NCBI GenBank assembly: GCA_965214705.1
Contig: CBDCCI010000001.1
Location: forward strand, 64,001 to 128,000
From: Alphaproteobacteria bacterium
GTDB lineage: Bacteria > Pseudomonadota > Alphaproteobacteria > UBA828
Direction: 5' to 3'
Length of the DNA stretch: 64,000 nucleotides
In this document: positions 41,012 through 50,725 of the stretch, in pieces
Layout of the letters: the number at the start of each line of letters is the position of its first letter
Position numbering within the stretch: position 1 is the stretch's first letter
Program-made: the position numbers and the translations under genes
Notes under the pieces: model-generated
The model's database searches: none
Told to the model about the DNA's origin: nothing
Seen by the model: only the letters and a program-made list of their open reading frames with translations

Positions 41012-41646
41012 GGTGCGGTTTCCAGGAGTTCGCGGATCGGACGAAAGGAGCGCCGATGGTGCTTGCAAGGCCCCAGCCGCGCGAGCGCCGCCTGGTGCTC
41101 GGCAGTGCCGTAGCCGGCGTTCCGCTCCCAGCCGTAGCCCGGATAGTCCGCCGCGAGGCGCGCCATCAGCCGGTCTCTCGTCACCTTGGCGACGATGGAG
41201 GCCGCTGCGATCGAGAGACTCTTGCGGTCACCGCCCACCACCGTCCTCACCGAGCAAGGCAGATGCGGCGCGCGGTTGCCGTCCACCAGCGCCAGATCGG
41301 GGGCATCGACGAGGCGGGCGACGGCACGGCGCATGGCGAGCAGCGTGGCCTGGAGGATGTTCATGCTATCGACCTCGGCGACCGAAGCGACCCCGACGGC
41401 GGCATCGGCGCAGGCCAGAATCGCCGGCTGCAGCGCTGCGCGCCGCTCCGCCGAGAGCAGCTTGGAATCGGTGATTGCAACCCGAAGCTTCGGCGGCGGG
41501 TCACCCCCTCGGAACACCACCGCCGCCGCGACCACCGGCCCGGCCCACGGGCCGCGGCCGGCCTCGTCGATGCCGGCCACGCGCCCGCCGGCTGCTTGTT
41601 CCAGCGAAAAATCAGGCTGCTCCTGCTGCTTGCGCCTCACTGCCAT
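41008..41646 (-). CDS. rnhB: Ribonuclease HII
   Basis: [39 protein letters not shown]. Confidence 0.97.
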   Translation of the reverse strand: MAVRRKQQEQPDFSLEQAAGGRVAGIDEAGRGPWAGPVVAAAVVFRGGDPPPKLRVAITDSKLLSAERRAALQPAILACADAAVGVASVAEVDSMNILQATLLAMRRAVARLVDAPDLALVDGNRAPHLPCSVRTVVGGDRKSLSIAAASIVAKVTRDRLMARLAADYPGYGWERNAGYGTAEHQAALARLGPCKHHRRSFRPIRELLETAP

Positions 41647-41684
41647 GAAGCCGTTCTAGCACGCCTGGCGTGCGCGCCGGCGGC

Positions 41685-42749
41685 TCAGAACAGCTCGAGT
41701 TGCGCCGGGTCGCGGGAGGGCGGGTGGAAGCGCTCGATGTCGAGGTCGGGCCCGCGCCGAGCCAGTCCGAGGCGCTTCGTCGCCGCAGCGAAGCGCGCGG
41801 CCAGCAGGTCGGCGTAAGGGCCGGCGCCGGTCATGCGCGAGCCGAAGTTGGGATCGTTGAGACGGCCTGCGCGCATCCCTTGCAACAGGGAGACCACGCG
41901 CTTGGCCTTGTTGGGCGCGTGGACCGAAAGCCATTCCAGGAAGAGCTCCCGGACTTCTAGCGACAACCGCAGGAGGACGTAGCCGGCGCGGTCTGCACCG
42001 GCCTCGTTGGCGGCTTCGAGGATCGATTCCATCTCGTGGTCGGTGAGGCCGGGGATGATGGGCGCCACCATCACCCCCACGGGCACCCCCGCTTCGCTGA
42101 GCGTGCGCATTGCCCCCAACCGCTTTGTGGGCGTCGATGCGCGCGGTTCCATGGTGCGGGTGAGGTCGCGGTCGAGCGTCGTGACCGAGAGCGCGACCGT
42201 GGCCAGGCGCCTCTGTGCCATGCGGGCAAGGATGTCCGCATCGCGCGTGACCAGCGCAGACTTGGTGACGATCCCGACGGGATGCTCGTACCGGTCCAGC
42301 ACCTCGAGCACACCCCGCGTAAGAGCGAGACGCCGCTCGGTCGGCTGGTAGGGATCGGTGTTGGTGCCCATCGCAATCATCCGGCACTCGTAGCCCGGTC
42401 CGGCCAGTTCGCGCTCCAGCTGGGCCGGCGCGTCGTGCTTGGCGAAGATGCGGCTCTCGAAGTCCTGGCCGGGCGAGAGTCCGAGAAAGGCGTGCGTGGG
42501 GCGGGCGTAGCAATAGACGCAGCCGTGCTCGCAGCCGCGATAGACGTTGATGGAGCGGTCGAAGCCGAGATCGGGGGAGTTGTTGCGGGTGATCACCGTG
42601 CGGCTGGCATCGGGCCGCACCTCCGTGCGAAGGGGCCGCGGTTCCTCGTCGATGGTGTCCCAACCGTCGTCGAACGCCTCCCGTTCGTGCCGCTCGTAGC
42701 GCCCGCTTCGGTTGCTCGCCGCCCCCCGCCCCTTGCGCACGTCCCTCAT
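41685..42749 (-). CDS. PA0069/Rv2578c-family radical SAM protein
   Basis: YRGCEHGCVYCYARPTH, GTNTDPYQ, C-terminal QLELF clamp-binding-like motif. Confidence 0.92.
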   Translation of the reverse strand: MRDVRKGRGAASNRSGRYERHEREAFDDGWDTIDEEPRPLRTEVRPDASRTVITRNNSPDLGFDRSINVYRGCEHGCVYCYARPTHAFLGLSPGQDFESRIFAKHDAPAQLERELAGPGYECRMIAMGTNTDPYQPTERRLALTRGVLEVLDRYEHPVGIVTKSALVTRDADILARMAQRRLATVALSVTTLDRDLTRTMEPRASTPTKRLGAMRTLSEAGVPVGVMVAPIIPGLTDHEMESILEAANEAGADRAGYVLLRLSLEVRELFLEWLSVHAPNKAKRVVSLLQGMRAGRLNDPNFGSRMTGAGPYADLLAARFAAATKRLGLARRGPDLDIERFHPPSRDPAQLELF

Positions 42750-42773
42750 CGCCACAGCATAGGTGGCGCATAA

Positions 42774-42788
42774 GAACAATACAAGAAC
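42774..42788 (-). promoter_or_regulatory. Alphaproteobacterial LexA (SOS) box
   Basis: GAACAATACAAGAAC = GAAC-N7-GAAC, about 25 bp upstream of the radical SAM start. Confidence 0.85.
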
Positions 42789-42814
42789 ATTCGCAGGTGC
42801 GCCGCTATGTGGCG

Positions 42815-43663
42815 TTACGAGCGAATCCCGCGCAGCCGCTCGCTCCGCCGCCGCAATAGCTCCACCATCGTCAACAAAATGATCGACACGACCACCAGGA
42901 GCGTGGCGACCGCCAGGATGGTCGGGCGGATCTCCTCGCGAATCCCTGAGAACATCTTCCAGGGGATCGTTCGCTGTTCCACCGAGCCCACGAACAGCAC
43001 CACCACCACCTCGTCGAAAGAGGTGATGAACGCGAGCAAAGCGCCCGATATGACGCCGGGCAGGATGAGCGGCACGATCACAACGAAGAAGGTACGGGTC
43101 GGGCTCGACCCGAGGCTTGCGGCCGCACGGGTCAGCGAGTGGTCGAAGCCCACCAACGTCGCCGTCACCGTGATGATGACGAACGGGATGCCCAACGCCG
43201 CATGGGCAAGAATGACGCCGACGTGCGTCGAGGCGAGTCCGATCCGCGCATAAAAGAAATACATGCCCGCGGCCGAGATGATGAGCGGCACGATCATCGG
43301 CGATATCAACAGCGCCATGATGGTTTTTCTGAAGGGCATTTCGGGTCTGCTTAACCCGAGCGCCGCCAGGGTGCCGAGGAATGTGGATATCAGCGTGGCA
43401 AATACCGCGATGAGGAAGCTGTTCTGTACCGCTCTTTGCCATGAGTCCTCGGTAAAAAACTCTTGGTACCACTTCGTGCTGTAGCCTGCTGGATCGAAGG
43501 CGAGCATTTCGGGCGTGAAAGTAAAATAAGGAAGCTCGTTGAAGCTGAGCGGAATAATGACGAAAATCGGACCGACCAAGAAAATGAAAATCAGCACGCA
43601 CAGCGTCCGGAACGTATAGTACCAAGCGCGTTCCGAGTGTGTGGCGTGCAGCGGCGGCGGCAT
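42815..43663 (-). CDS. PotC-like ABC permease
   Basis: SPMIVP.II, AAASLG, FITSFDEVV. Confidence 0.92.
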   Translation of the reverse strand: MPPPLHATHSERAWYYTFRTLCVLIFIFLVGPIFVIIPLSFNELPYFTFTPEMLAFDPAGYSTKWYQEFFTEDSWQRAVQNSFLIAVFATLISTFLGTLAALGLSRPEMPFRKTIMALLISPMIVPLIISAAGMYFFYARIGLASTHVGVILAHAALGIPFVIITVTATLVGFDHSLTRAAASLGSSPTRTFFVVIVPLILPGVISGALLAFITSFDEVVVVLFVGSVEQRTIPWKMFSGIREEIRPTILAVATLLVVVSIILLTMVELLRRRSERLRGIRS

Positions 43664-43668
43664 GTGCG

Positions 43669-44931
43669 CTATCCGAGCTTCATGTTGGCCACGCCCACGA
43701 TCCTGTCATAGAGGAAGTAAAGCAGCAGGACGAGCGCCAACAGAATCACGCCTAGAGCTGCGGCCAGACCCCAGTTCAGAGTCTCGCTGATGTGAAGGGC
43801 GATAATGTTCGAGATGAACGTGCCGGTTCGCCCTCCGACAAGAGCCGGCGTGATGTAATAGCCGATCGAAAGAATGAAAACCAGAATGCAGCCCGCGCCG
43901 ATTCCCGGCACGGTATTGGGCATATAGACCTTGATAAAGCCAGTGAACGGCGATGCCCCGAGCGAGCGTGCGGCCCGCATATACGAAGAGGGAATCGTTT
44001 TCATGACGGAATAGAGGGGCAGAATCATGAAGGGTAAGAGAATATGCGTCATCGCCACGAACGTACCGATCTTGTTGTGAATCATCTGCAAACGACCGTC
44101 TTCGGAAATAATTCCCAGGAAGACCATCAGGTCGTTCAACACGCCCTCGGACTGCAGCAGCGCGATCCACGCGGTCGTCCTGACCAACAGAGAGGTCCAG
44201 AATGGCAACAAGACGAGAATCAGCAGGAGATTGCTATGGCGTGGCGGTAACGTCGCCAGGAGGAAGGCAATCGGATAACCGAGTAGCAAGCAGAATATCG
44301 TGATGAGCGCACTCATCCACAACGTGCGATAAAATAGGAACAAGTATATTCGTCGTTCTTCTGCCTTCCAGGAAATTTTGCCCTTGTAGTCAACCCGAAG
44401 GTCGACAGCCGACAAGAAGTAGCTTTCGGTTACGTTGCTCGATTCCTGATAAATCAGTTGCCAGGTTGCAAGGTCTGCCCAGCGTTGATCAATTGCTATA
44501 ACCTGGTCCTTGAAGGGGGCCTCGGTTATACGTTTGGCTCGTCGTCCCGATTTCCGGAACAAGCTCATCACTCCGGACTTTTCGTAATTCAAGCGCCGTC
44601 CGGCACGGCCTAACGTCTTATCCTTGAATGACTCCTGAATATCCAGCACCAGGGCTTCGTACACGAATTCCGGCGGCAACTCCTCGCTCCCCGGATCCCA
44701 GCTTTGAATGGCCAGCGTTGTACGGGGAAGAACGGATGAAACGATTTGGTTGTCGACGCTTCTAAACAACATGTCGATGACGGGAAAAACGAATGTAATC
44801 ATCAAGAACGCCAGAATAGGGACGACCAACAGGAATGTGCGAATGCGCCTGCGAGCCATCGCCCGCCGTAGGCTCGTCTTCAATGGCACGCCATCGGCGG
44901 TTCGCAGGGTGTTATCGGCGACCGTCGACAT
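43669..44931 (-). CDS. PotB-like ABC permease
   Basis: LLPFWTSLLVRT, LPFMILPLY, GYYITPALVGG. Confidence 0.92.
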   Translation of the reverse strand: MSTVADNTLRTADGVPLKTSLRRAMARRRIRTFLLVVPILAFLMITFVFPVIDMLFRSVDNQIVSSVLPRTTLAIQSWDPGSEELPPEFVYEALVLDIQESFKDKTLGRAGRRLNYEKSGVMSLFRKSGRRAKRITEAPFKDQVIAIDQRWADLATWQLIYQESSNVTESYFLSAVDLRVDYKGKISWKAEERRIYLFLFYRTLWMSALITIFCLLLGYPIAFLLATLPPRHSNLLLILVLLPFWTSLLVRTTAWIALLQSEGVLNDLMVFLGIISEDGRLQMIHNKIGTFVAMTHILLPFMILPLYSVMKTIPSSYMRAARSLGASPFTGFIKVYMPNTVPGIGAGCILVFILSIGYYITPALVGGRTGTFISNIIALHISETLNWGLAAALGVILLALVLLLYFLYDRIVGVANMKLG

Positions 44932-44971
44932 GCGCGCTGGCCTACGTCTCGCTCAGGTGCCTTGAAGTAAA

Positions 44972-45003
44972 GGGGGCAGGACGCAACGATGCGCCCCGCC
45001 CCT
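44972..45003 (-). terminator. Stem-loop between binding-protein and permease genes (attenuating or stabilising)
   Basis: Minus strand GGGGCGGGGCGCA-TCGT-TGCGTCCTGCCCC followed by CTTTAC. Confidence 0.55.
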
Positions 45004-45014
45004 CCTAAGCTCTG

Positions 45015-46118
45015 CTACTTGGCGAGCCAGGTGTTGAACACCTCGTCGAGCTCCGCCCGGTGGTCGGCCCACCAGACGTAGTCGAAGTCGAAGAGGGTCT
45101 CGGCGTTGTTGGGATCGGTCGGCATGTGGGGCTTCATGTCGATGCCGAGATCGGCATGGTTGCCCACGAGCGGCGCCGACGAGTAGCGCGCCGGACCGTA
45201 GGAGATGAACTTCGCCTGGTCCGCCAGACGCTGCGTATCGGTGGCGAAGTAGAGATACGCCTTCACCGCATCGAGATCCTTGACGCCGACCGGCACGACC
45301 CAGCCGTCGAGATCGAAAATCTGCCGGTCCCACAGCATGGCGATGGGCTGGTTCTTCTCCGCGATGGCCGAGAAGAGGCGGCCGTTGTAGGCCGAGGCAA
45401 TGACGACCTCGCCGTCCGCCAGCAGCTGCGGCGGTTGGGCTCCCTTGGTCCACCAGACCACCTGATCCTTGATGGTATCGAGCTTTGCCAAGGCACGGCT
45501 CACGCCCTCGGACGTGCTGAGCATGCCGTAGACATCTGCAGGTGCCACGCCATCGGCGAGCAGCGCCCATTCGAGATTGTTGATGGGCCGCCTCTCCAGC
45601 GAGCGCTTGCCGGGGAACTTCTCCAGGTCGAACACGTCGGCAATGGTGGACGGCTGCTCACCCTCGAAGACATCGGTGCGATAGCCGAAGGTCGTGGAAT
45701 AGACGATCTGCGGGATGAAGCAGTTGGTCCCGCCCGGTGACAGCGTGCCGGCGAAGAAATCCTCCGACGCAGGGGTCCCGTCCGGCGCGGGAGCCAGCCA
45801 CGTGTCGGGATCGATTTCCATGATCAGGCCTTCGTCGCACGCGGTAATCGCATCGGCTGCGACCATGTCGACGATGTCCCAAGTGACGTTGTTCGACTCC
45901 ACCTGTGCCCGAACCTTGGCCAGCCCTTCGGCGGCGTTGTCGTCATTGATGATGTTGATGTCGGGGTTCGCGGCCATGTAGGGGTCGTGATAGGCCTTCT
46001 GCTGGCTCGCCGTATAGGCGCCGCCCCACGACACGATCGTGAGGTCAAGTGCCTGGGCACTGCCAACCGCCAACGCGACGCCGGCGGCAACGACAGTCGT
46101 ACTCAATAGCCATCTCAT
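45015..46118 (-). CDS. Polyamine-type ABC substrate-binding protein
   Basis: Signal peptide; VSWGGAY..SQ, FDLEKFPGKR, LEWALLADGV, AYNGR. Confidence 0.9.
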   Translation of the reverse strand: MRWLLSTTVVAAGVALAVGSAQALDLTIVSWGGAYTASQQKAYHDPYMAANPDINIINDDNAAEGLAKVRAQVESNNVTWDIVDMVAADAITACDEGLIMEIDPDTWLAPAPDGTPASEDFFAGTLSPGGTNCFIPQIVYSTTFGYRTDVFEGEQPSTIADVFDLEKFPGKRSLERRPINNLEWALLADGVAPADVYGMLSTSEGVSRALAKLDTIKDQVVWWTKGAQPPQLLADGEVVIASAYNGRLFSAIAEKNQPIAMLWDRQIFDLDGWVVPVGVKDLDAVKAYLYFATDTQRLADQAKFISYGPARYSSAPLVGNHADLGIDMKPHMPTDPNNAETLFDFDYVWWADHRAELDEVFNTWLAK

Positions 46119-46202
46119 CTCGCTTACTCCCCTCTCGTTTGCCGGACACACCGGCGGGTTCTCAAGTCTCGCATCGGCAACACCGATACGTCTTGATCTG
46201 CT

Positions 46203-47125
46203 CTAACCGGGCTCGGCTGCGTCAACCGGAGCGTCCAGCGCCCGGCAATCTTCTGCAGCCCAGCCCAGGTTGACGTCCGTTCCCTCCCGCAACGCTGCAT
46301 GCCGATCTGTGTTGGGAATCTTCACAACGAACTCGTCAGCTCCCGCGACCGACAGGCGCGCACGGATATGATCTCCCAGATAGATCAACTCCTCGACGCG
46401 ACCGACAATCGAGTTATCCGCCTCTCCGTCTTCGCATGCGACGATAACGCGCTCAGGACGGAGCGAAAGGGTCGTGCGTGCGCCCGCTCCCTCGACCTTC
46501 ACATTGAGGGCTCGAATGGTGCCACCACCATCCAAATTCACCTGGCAATGGTTCCCTTCAACGGAATTCACCTTGCCGCACAAACGATTGTTCTCGCCGA
46601 TAAACTGCGCAACGAAGGCGTTCTCCGGTTGCTCGTACAGCGCGCTAGGACTTGCTAATTGCTGAATTACACCATCATTAAAGACCGCAATCCGATTGGA
46701 CATGGTCAATGCTTCGGACTGATCGTGCGTGACGTAGACGATCGTGACGCCGAGCTCTTCGTGAAGATGCTTGATTTCGTACTGCATCTCCTCCCGCAGA
46801 TTCTTGTCCAAGGCGCCGAGAGGCTCATCCATAAGCACCAAGTCAGGCTCGAATACCAATGCCCGTGCCACCGCCACGCGTTGCTGCTGGCCGCCCGAGA
46901 GTTGACCGGGCCGGCGGCCACCGAAGTCCGGCAGGCGAACCATGTCCAGCGCGCGCTTGACTTTCGCCTCGACCTCCGATCTCGGAATCCTTCGAACTTT
47001 CAGAGGAAACGCCAGGTTCTCCGTGACTGTCATGTGCGGAAACAGCGCGTAATCCTGGAAGACCATGCCGATATTTCGTCGATGCGGCGCAACTTTATTG
47101 ATCGGACGGTCGTTCAAATAAATTT
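46203..47125 (-). pseudogene. PotA-like ABC ATPase, C-terminal part
   Basis: VFQDYALFPH, LSGGQQQR, DEPLGALD, TOBE-like tail; Walker A lies at 49582-49794. Confidence 0.92.
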
Positions 47126-47221
47126 GTAACTGCCCAGGTCTGATTCCGCCGAGCACTCACGCGTGATGGACTGATGCCTCTGGCCTGGTGCCGCTGACGT
47201 GGAGCGGAGCGGCGGGGGATT

Positions 47222-48763
47222 TCAGAAGCGCAGTACCGGGATTAGCTGCATGGGATCGGGGTGCGCCAGGGTTTCGAGGACATTCCAGCGCTGTTTTCGA
47301 GCGGTGGCGATGACGGACCGCAGGTTGGCGAAGTCGCAGGCACCTTGCATCGAGCGGAAGCCGCCTGAGATTTTCTGACGCAGCTTGCCCATTCGCAGAT
47401 CGCGCTCCGCCTCATTGTTCGAGAACGGGGTTCGCGGGTCGGTGAGGAAGCGCAGGCAGCCCTCCTTGTACTTCTGGAGCCGGAGCGCGAGGTTGTGACC
47501 GATGCGGCGCTTTTGTCGTCCGCGCTTTCCGGTCTGGAGCGGCGGCATCTCTTCGTGAGCGGCGATGGCACGTTCGAGGATGCGGTCCCAGGCTCGCGAG
47601 ATGCGGGCGACCAGCGATGCGGGCACGTCGCGATCATTCTTGCGGGCGAAGCGGGCGGCTCTGTTGGCACGGGAGAGCAGCTGGTGCATGCTCGTTGCCC
47701 AGTCTTCCTTCTCGATCTCGATCAGGGCCTGGAGCTCACGCAGGTGATGGGCGTTGCAGGCCCCGTGGCGCACGCCCTCGAGAGCGAAGTAGGTGGCATA
47801 GTCGTCATGGATGACGATGCCGTTGAGCTTCTCGTCGAAATGGCCGCGCCCGCTGGCGACGCGCAGGATGGTCAGCAACGGGGTGCACAGCACGTGGAGC
47901 CAATGGGTCCGGGCGGCGATGCGGATGCCGGTCTCGTCGAGGTGTTTGACCGGGGCTTCGGTGCGGATGATCTCTGCGACACGATCGAGGAAGCCCTCGA
48001 AGCGCCGGGCGGTGCGCCTGCCCATGGCGGCGATGGTGGCCGTTGAGATCTTGACCGCGAAGAGATCGCTCATGACCTCGGCGACGCGCTTCTCCGGAAT
48101 GAACTGAGCGTGCAGCAGGTAGGTCACCCACGCGGTGATGCGCGGCCCGTACTGGACCGGGGCGCTCACGCCGTTCGGGAAGGCGGCTGTTGTCATGGTG
48201 CCGCAGGCGGCGCAGAGGCAGCGATGGCCGCGATGCTCGGTGGCCTCGAGGGGCTGCGGCTCGGGCACATCGAAGACCTGCCGGCAGACGGGGGCTCCGT
48301 GACGGTCGGCGTCCGACAGCGGCGCGCCGCAGCCCTCACAGGCGGACGGATCATGATCCACGACGTGGTCCGGGTTCTCGGTCCGCTCCAGGGTGGTTCC
48401 CTTGTGGCCCGGCTGACCGCCGCTGGGCCTGTCGGATTTGCCGCGCCGGCTCCGGGTGCGCTTCTCCTGGTCTGCGCTCTTCTTCTTCAGGCCGTCGCTG
48501 GCCGGCGGCCTGGAGCTGGTGGTGCTGTCGAGCGCGGCGCTGCGCTCAAGTTCGGCGATCCGCTCGCGCAAGCGGGCGTTCTCCCGCTCCAGCGCGTCGT
48601 TCTCCTTGACCAGCGCCGCGCTCAGGCGAAGCAGCCCCTGGCCCCATTCCCGGATGGCTTTGACGGCGGTCATCGCGAAGGATTGTGGGGTGAAAAGGTC
48701 CTGCAGGCACGCGAAAGCCTCGTCGTGAGCGGCGAGGTCCGCGTGCCAGCGCGACACTGTCAC
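47222..48763 (-). CDS. IS66-family transposase (single-ORF, ISBst12-like)
   Basis: Coiled coil then SSRPPASDG, GGQPGHKG, CxxC pairs, HLDETG, HDDY, CNAHHLREL, NNEAERDLR..K.RQKISG. Confidence 0.93.
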   Translation of the reverse strand: MTVSRWHADLAAHDEAFACLQDLFTPQSFAMTAVKAIREWGQGLLRLSAALVKENDALERENARLRERIAELERSAALDSTTSSRPPASDGLKKKSADQEKRTRSRRGKSDRPSGGQPGHKGTTLERTENPDHVVDHDPSACEGCGAPLSDADRHGAPVCRQVFDVPEPQPLEATEHRGHRCLCAACGTMTTAAFPNGVSAPVQYGPRITAWVTYLLHAQFIPEKRVAEVMSDLFAVKISTATIAAMGRRTARRFEGFLDRVAEIIRTEAPVKHLDETGIRIAARTHWLHVLCTPLLTILRVASGRGHFDEKLNGIVIHDDYATYFALEGVRHGACNAHHLRELQALIEIEKEDWATSMHQLLSRANRAARFARKNDRDVPASLVARISRAWDRILERAIAAHEEMPPLQTGKRGRQKRRIGHNLALRLQKYKEGCLRFLTDPRTPFSNNEAERDLRMGKLRQKISGGFRSMQGACDFANLRSVIATARKQRWNVLETLAHPDPMQLIPVLRF

Positions 48764-49429
48764 AAACCCTCGTCAGCCTCGACGGCCATGATCGCGGCCA
48801 GCACCGCCAGGCGTTCGCCCGCCGGCATGGCCTCGTAGCGCCGGCCCCAGTTGGCCGCCTTGCGCTTGATGCGCTGGCGGTCGGTGAAGTTGCGGCCCGC
48901 GTAGCTCGCCCAGTGCACCCGGTCGGGCGCGAAGTTGAACCACACCGCCTCGGTCCGCACCTGGGCCTGGGTCGTCACCTGCAGCGCCAGCCGGCGCCAG
49001 CCCGCCAGCAACTCGTCATAGAGCGCAGACGGGTGGCCCGAGACCATCACCTGGCAGGGCAGACCCTTGAGCAGTTCGAGGAGCGCGACGTGGTCGGCCT
49101 CCTCGTACTCGAAGCGGTAGCGCTGCGACGAACGCCGGGTCGCGTGCAGATAGGGCGGATCGCTGTAGACCAGCTCCGGGCCCAGGAACGGGAACGAGGC
49201 CAGGAAGGAGTGGGCGCAGCCGTGCACCAACTCCACCGGGTAGCCACAGTCGAAGGACTCAAGCGCCCGCTCGTCGCGGTCAATCCCGATCGAGCGCACG
49301 GCCGCAGGCTTGCGCTTCATCAGCGCCCCGCCCCCCCAAGTGGCTCTCGATATAGACAGAGTGCGGGGGCATCAGCGCAATCAGCGCCTGGCTCAGACCG
49401 GTCGTCGCCTTCGATCCGAAATACCCCAC
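48760..49429 (-). pseudogene. Dam-like (D12 class) N6-adenine methyltransferase, about 222 aa, with a +1 frameshift in a G7 tract
   Basis: GAGGAG RBS, GTG; GYFGSK, MPPHSVYIESHLGG|GALM, GID, YSDPPY; tract at 49331-49337; GTGA overlap with the transposase. Confidence 0.85.
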
Positions 49430-49581
49430 CGGCTGCTCCTCTCATGCGAGAGAGCAACCCATAGGCGAGCGTGCCTATACAGTCAAGGGCAGATCATCGA
49501 CGCGCCGACGGACAAACGGCACCGGCGGCGACCAACATCAGCACGCACTCAGATCTGGCGGCGGGGTACCTGGGTAGTTAC

Positions 49582-49794
49582 ATAAATTTCTCCATGAGTA
49601 GCCGGCTCAAAGCCAGCCAACATCATCAAGCACGTTGTCTTGCCAGATCCCGAGGGACCCAACATCGTCAGGAACTCACCGGTCTTGATGCTTAGATTGA
49701 GGTCCTTGACGACCAGGATCTCGCCGTCGTAGCTCTTCTGCACGCGGTCGAAGACCACGATATCCGGGGTATCGGTCGTCATCAAAACACCCAT
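49582..49794 (-). pseudogene. PotA-like ABC ATPase, N-terminal part
   Basis: [23 protein letters not shown], ending GEIY at the IS junction. Confidence 0.92.
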
Positions 49795-50725
49795 CCCCGT
49801 CTAGACAAACGCCCGTTCGAACCTGAAACAGGGCCGCGTTCTTCCAACACGGGATTCAAAATTATGGACTTCAGAAATTCAAGCCTTACTCCCTCTCTAT
49901 TCTGTAGCCTTTGAGAATATCTTGGCATCGTCGTGGCTATAGAGTGCATTTCATCGAAGCCACGGACAGCCTACTTTAAGGTACCGAACATTGGCGTACA
50001 AACGCAGCTCGCAGGATCGCTGACAATCGCTGAACGCCACGTCATGCTTGTTCGAACCGACGCCTTTTCGTTGCAAATCAGCAGGATACAGAACACTCAT
50101 CATACCCTGTTCGGCTTCCTCCTCAGCAACGCCGCCCGTAGCGGCTCAAGCCACGGTTCCAGGACTCAATGTTCGCGAAAGAGCGCATATCAAGCATCAT
50201 AGTCAGTTCGGTTGACGAAGAGTTGCCGCTGACTATCGGATGTCGATTCAGCCTCTCAAACCTCCCCAATTTATTGTCAAGCACCATATCGAGGCACTTG
50301 GTGGCTCTTGAATTGACCGATCCACGGGCAATCCTGTGGTCAGGGAATTGGCTTGTCAACGGTATTTTGGGTGTTGTCACGGACACTTGAGGCGTTGATT
50401 GGTCCGACCAAGAATTATTCGGCTCAGCGGTTCGATAAAGGGCGGTCGCGGCGAGCCTGGTGACCGCAGGACGGTACGCAGACACGAAGGAACGCGCCGG
50501 GTACCGCCGGTGTACGCCAGGGGCCGGTTTCGCCTTCGGTACCCTGCCTTTCCGTCCGACCCGAACCGGTACGCGGGATTGTTTGGCATGCCCAAACCAG
50601 TCATCATGCCTCCACCCGCTGGGCCTCGTCCCGCCTGCCGGCGTCATCCTGCGGATGCGCTGCGGCCGGTCGGCGAAGGCGTGCGGTCCGCGGGTGCGCG
50701 CAAATCCATGCAGGGAGGCATCGCC

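Larger units (their letters stand above)
47126..49581 (-). mobile_element. IS66-family element, 2456 bp, carrying a DNA methyltransferase
   Basis: Terminal IRs GTAACTGCCCAGGT and ACCTGGGTAGTTAC (13/14 match); 8-bp TSD ATAAATTT at 47118-47125 and 49582-49589; excision restores a 376-codon ATPase. Confidence 0.95.

Noticed and set aside
42750-43625. Apparent N-terminal extension making a 646-aa radical SAM fusion
   Set aside because: Alternative frame over the permease gene; the LexA box and family N-terminus place the start at 42749.
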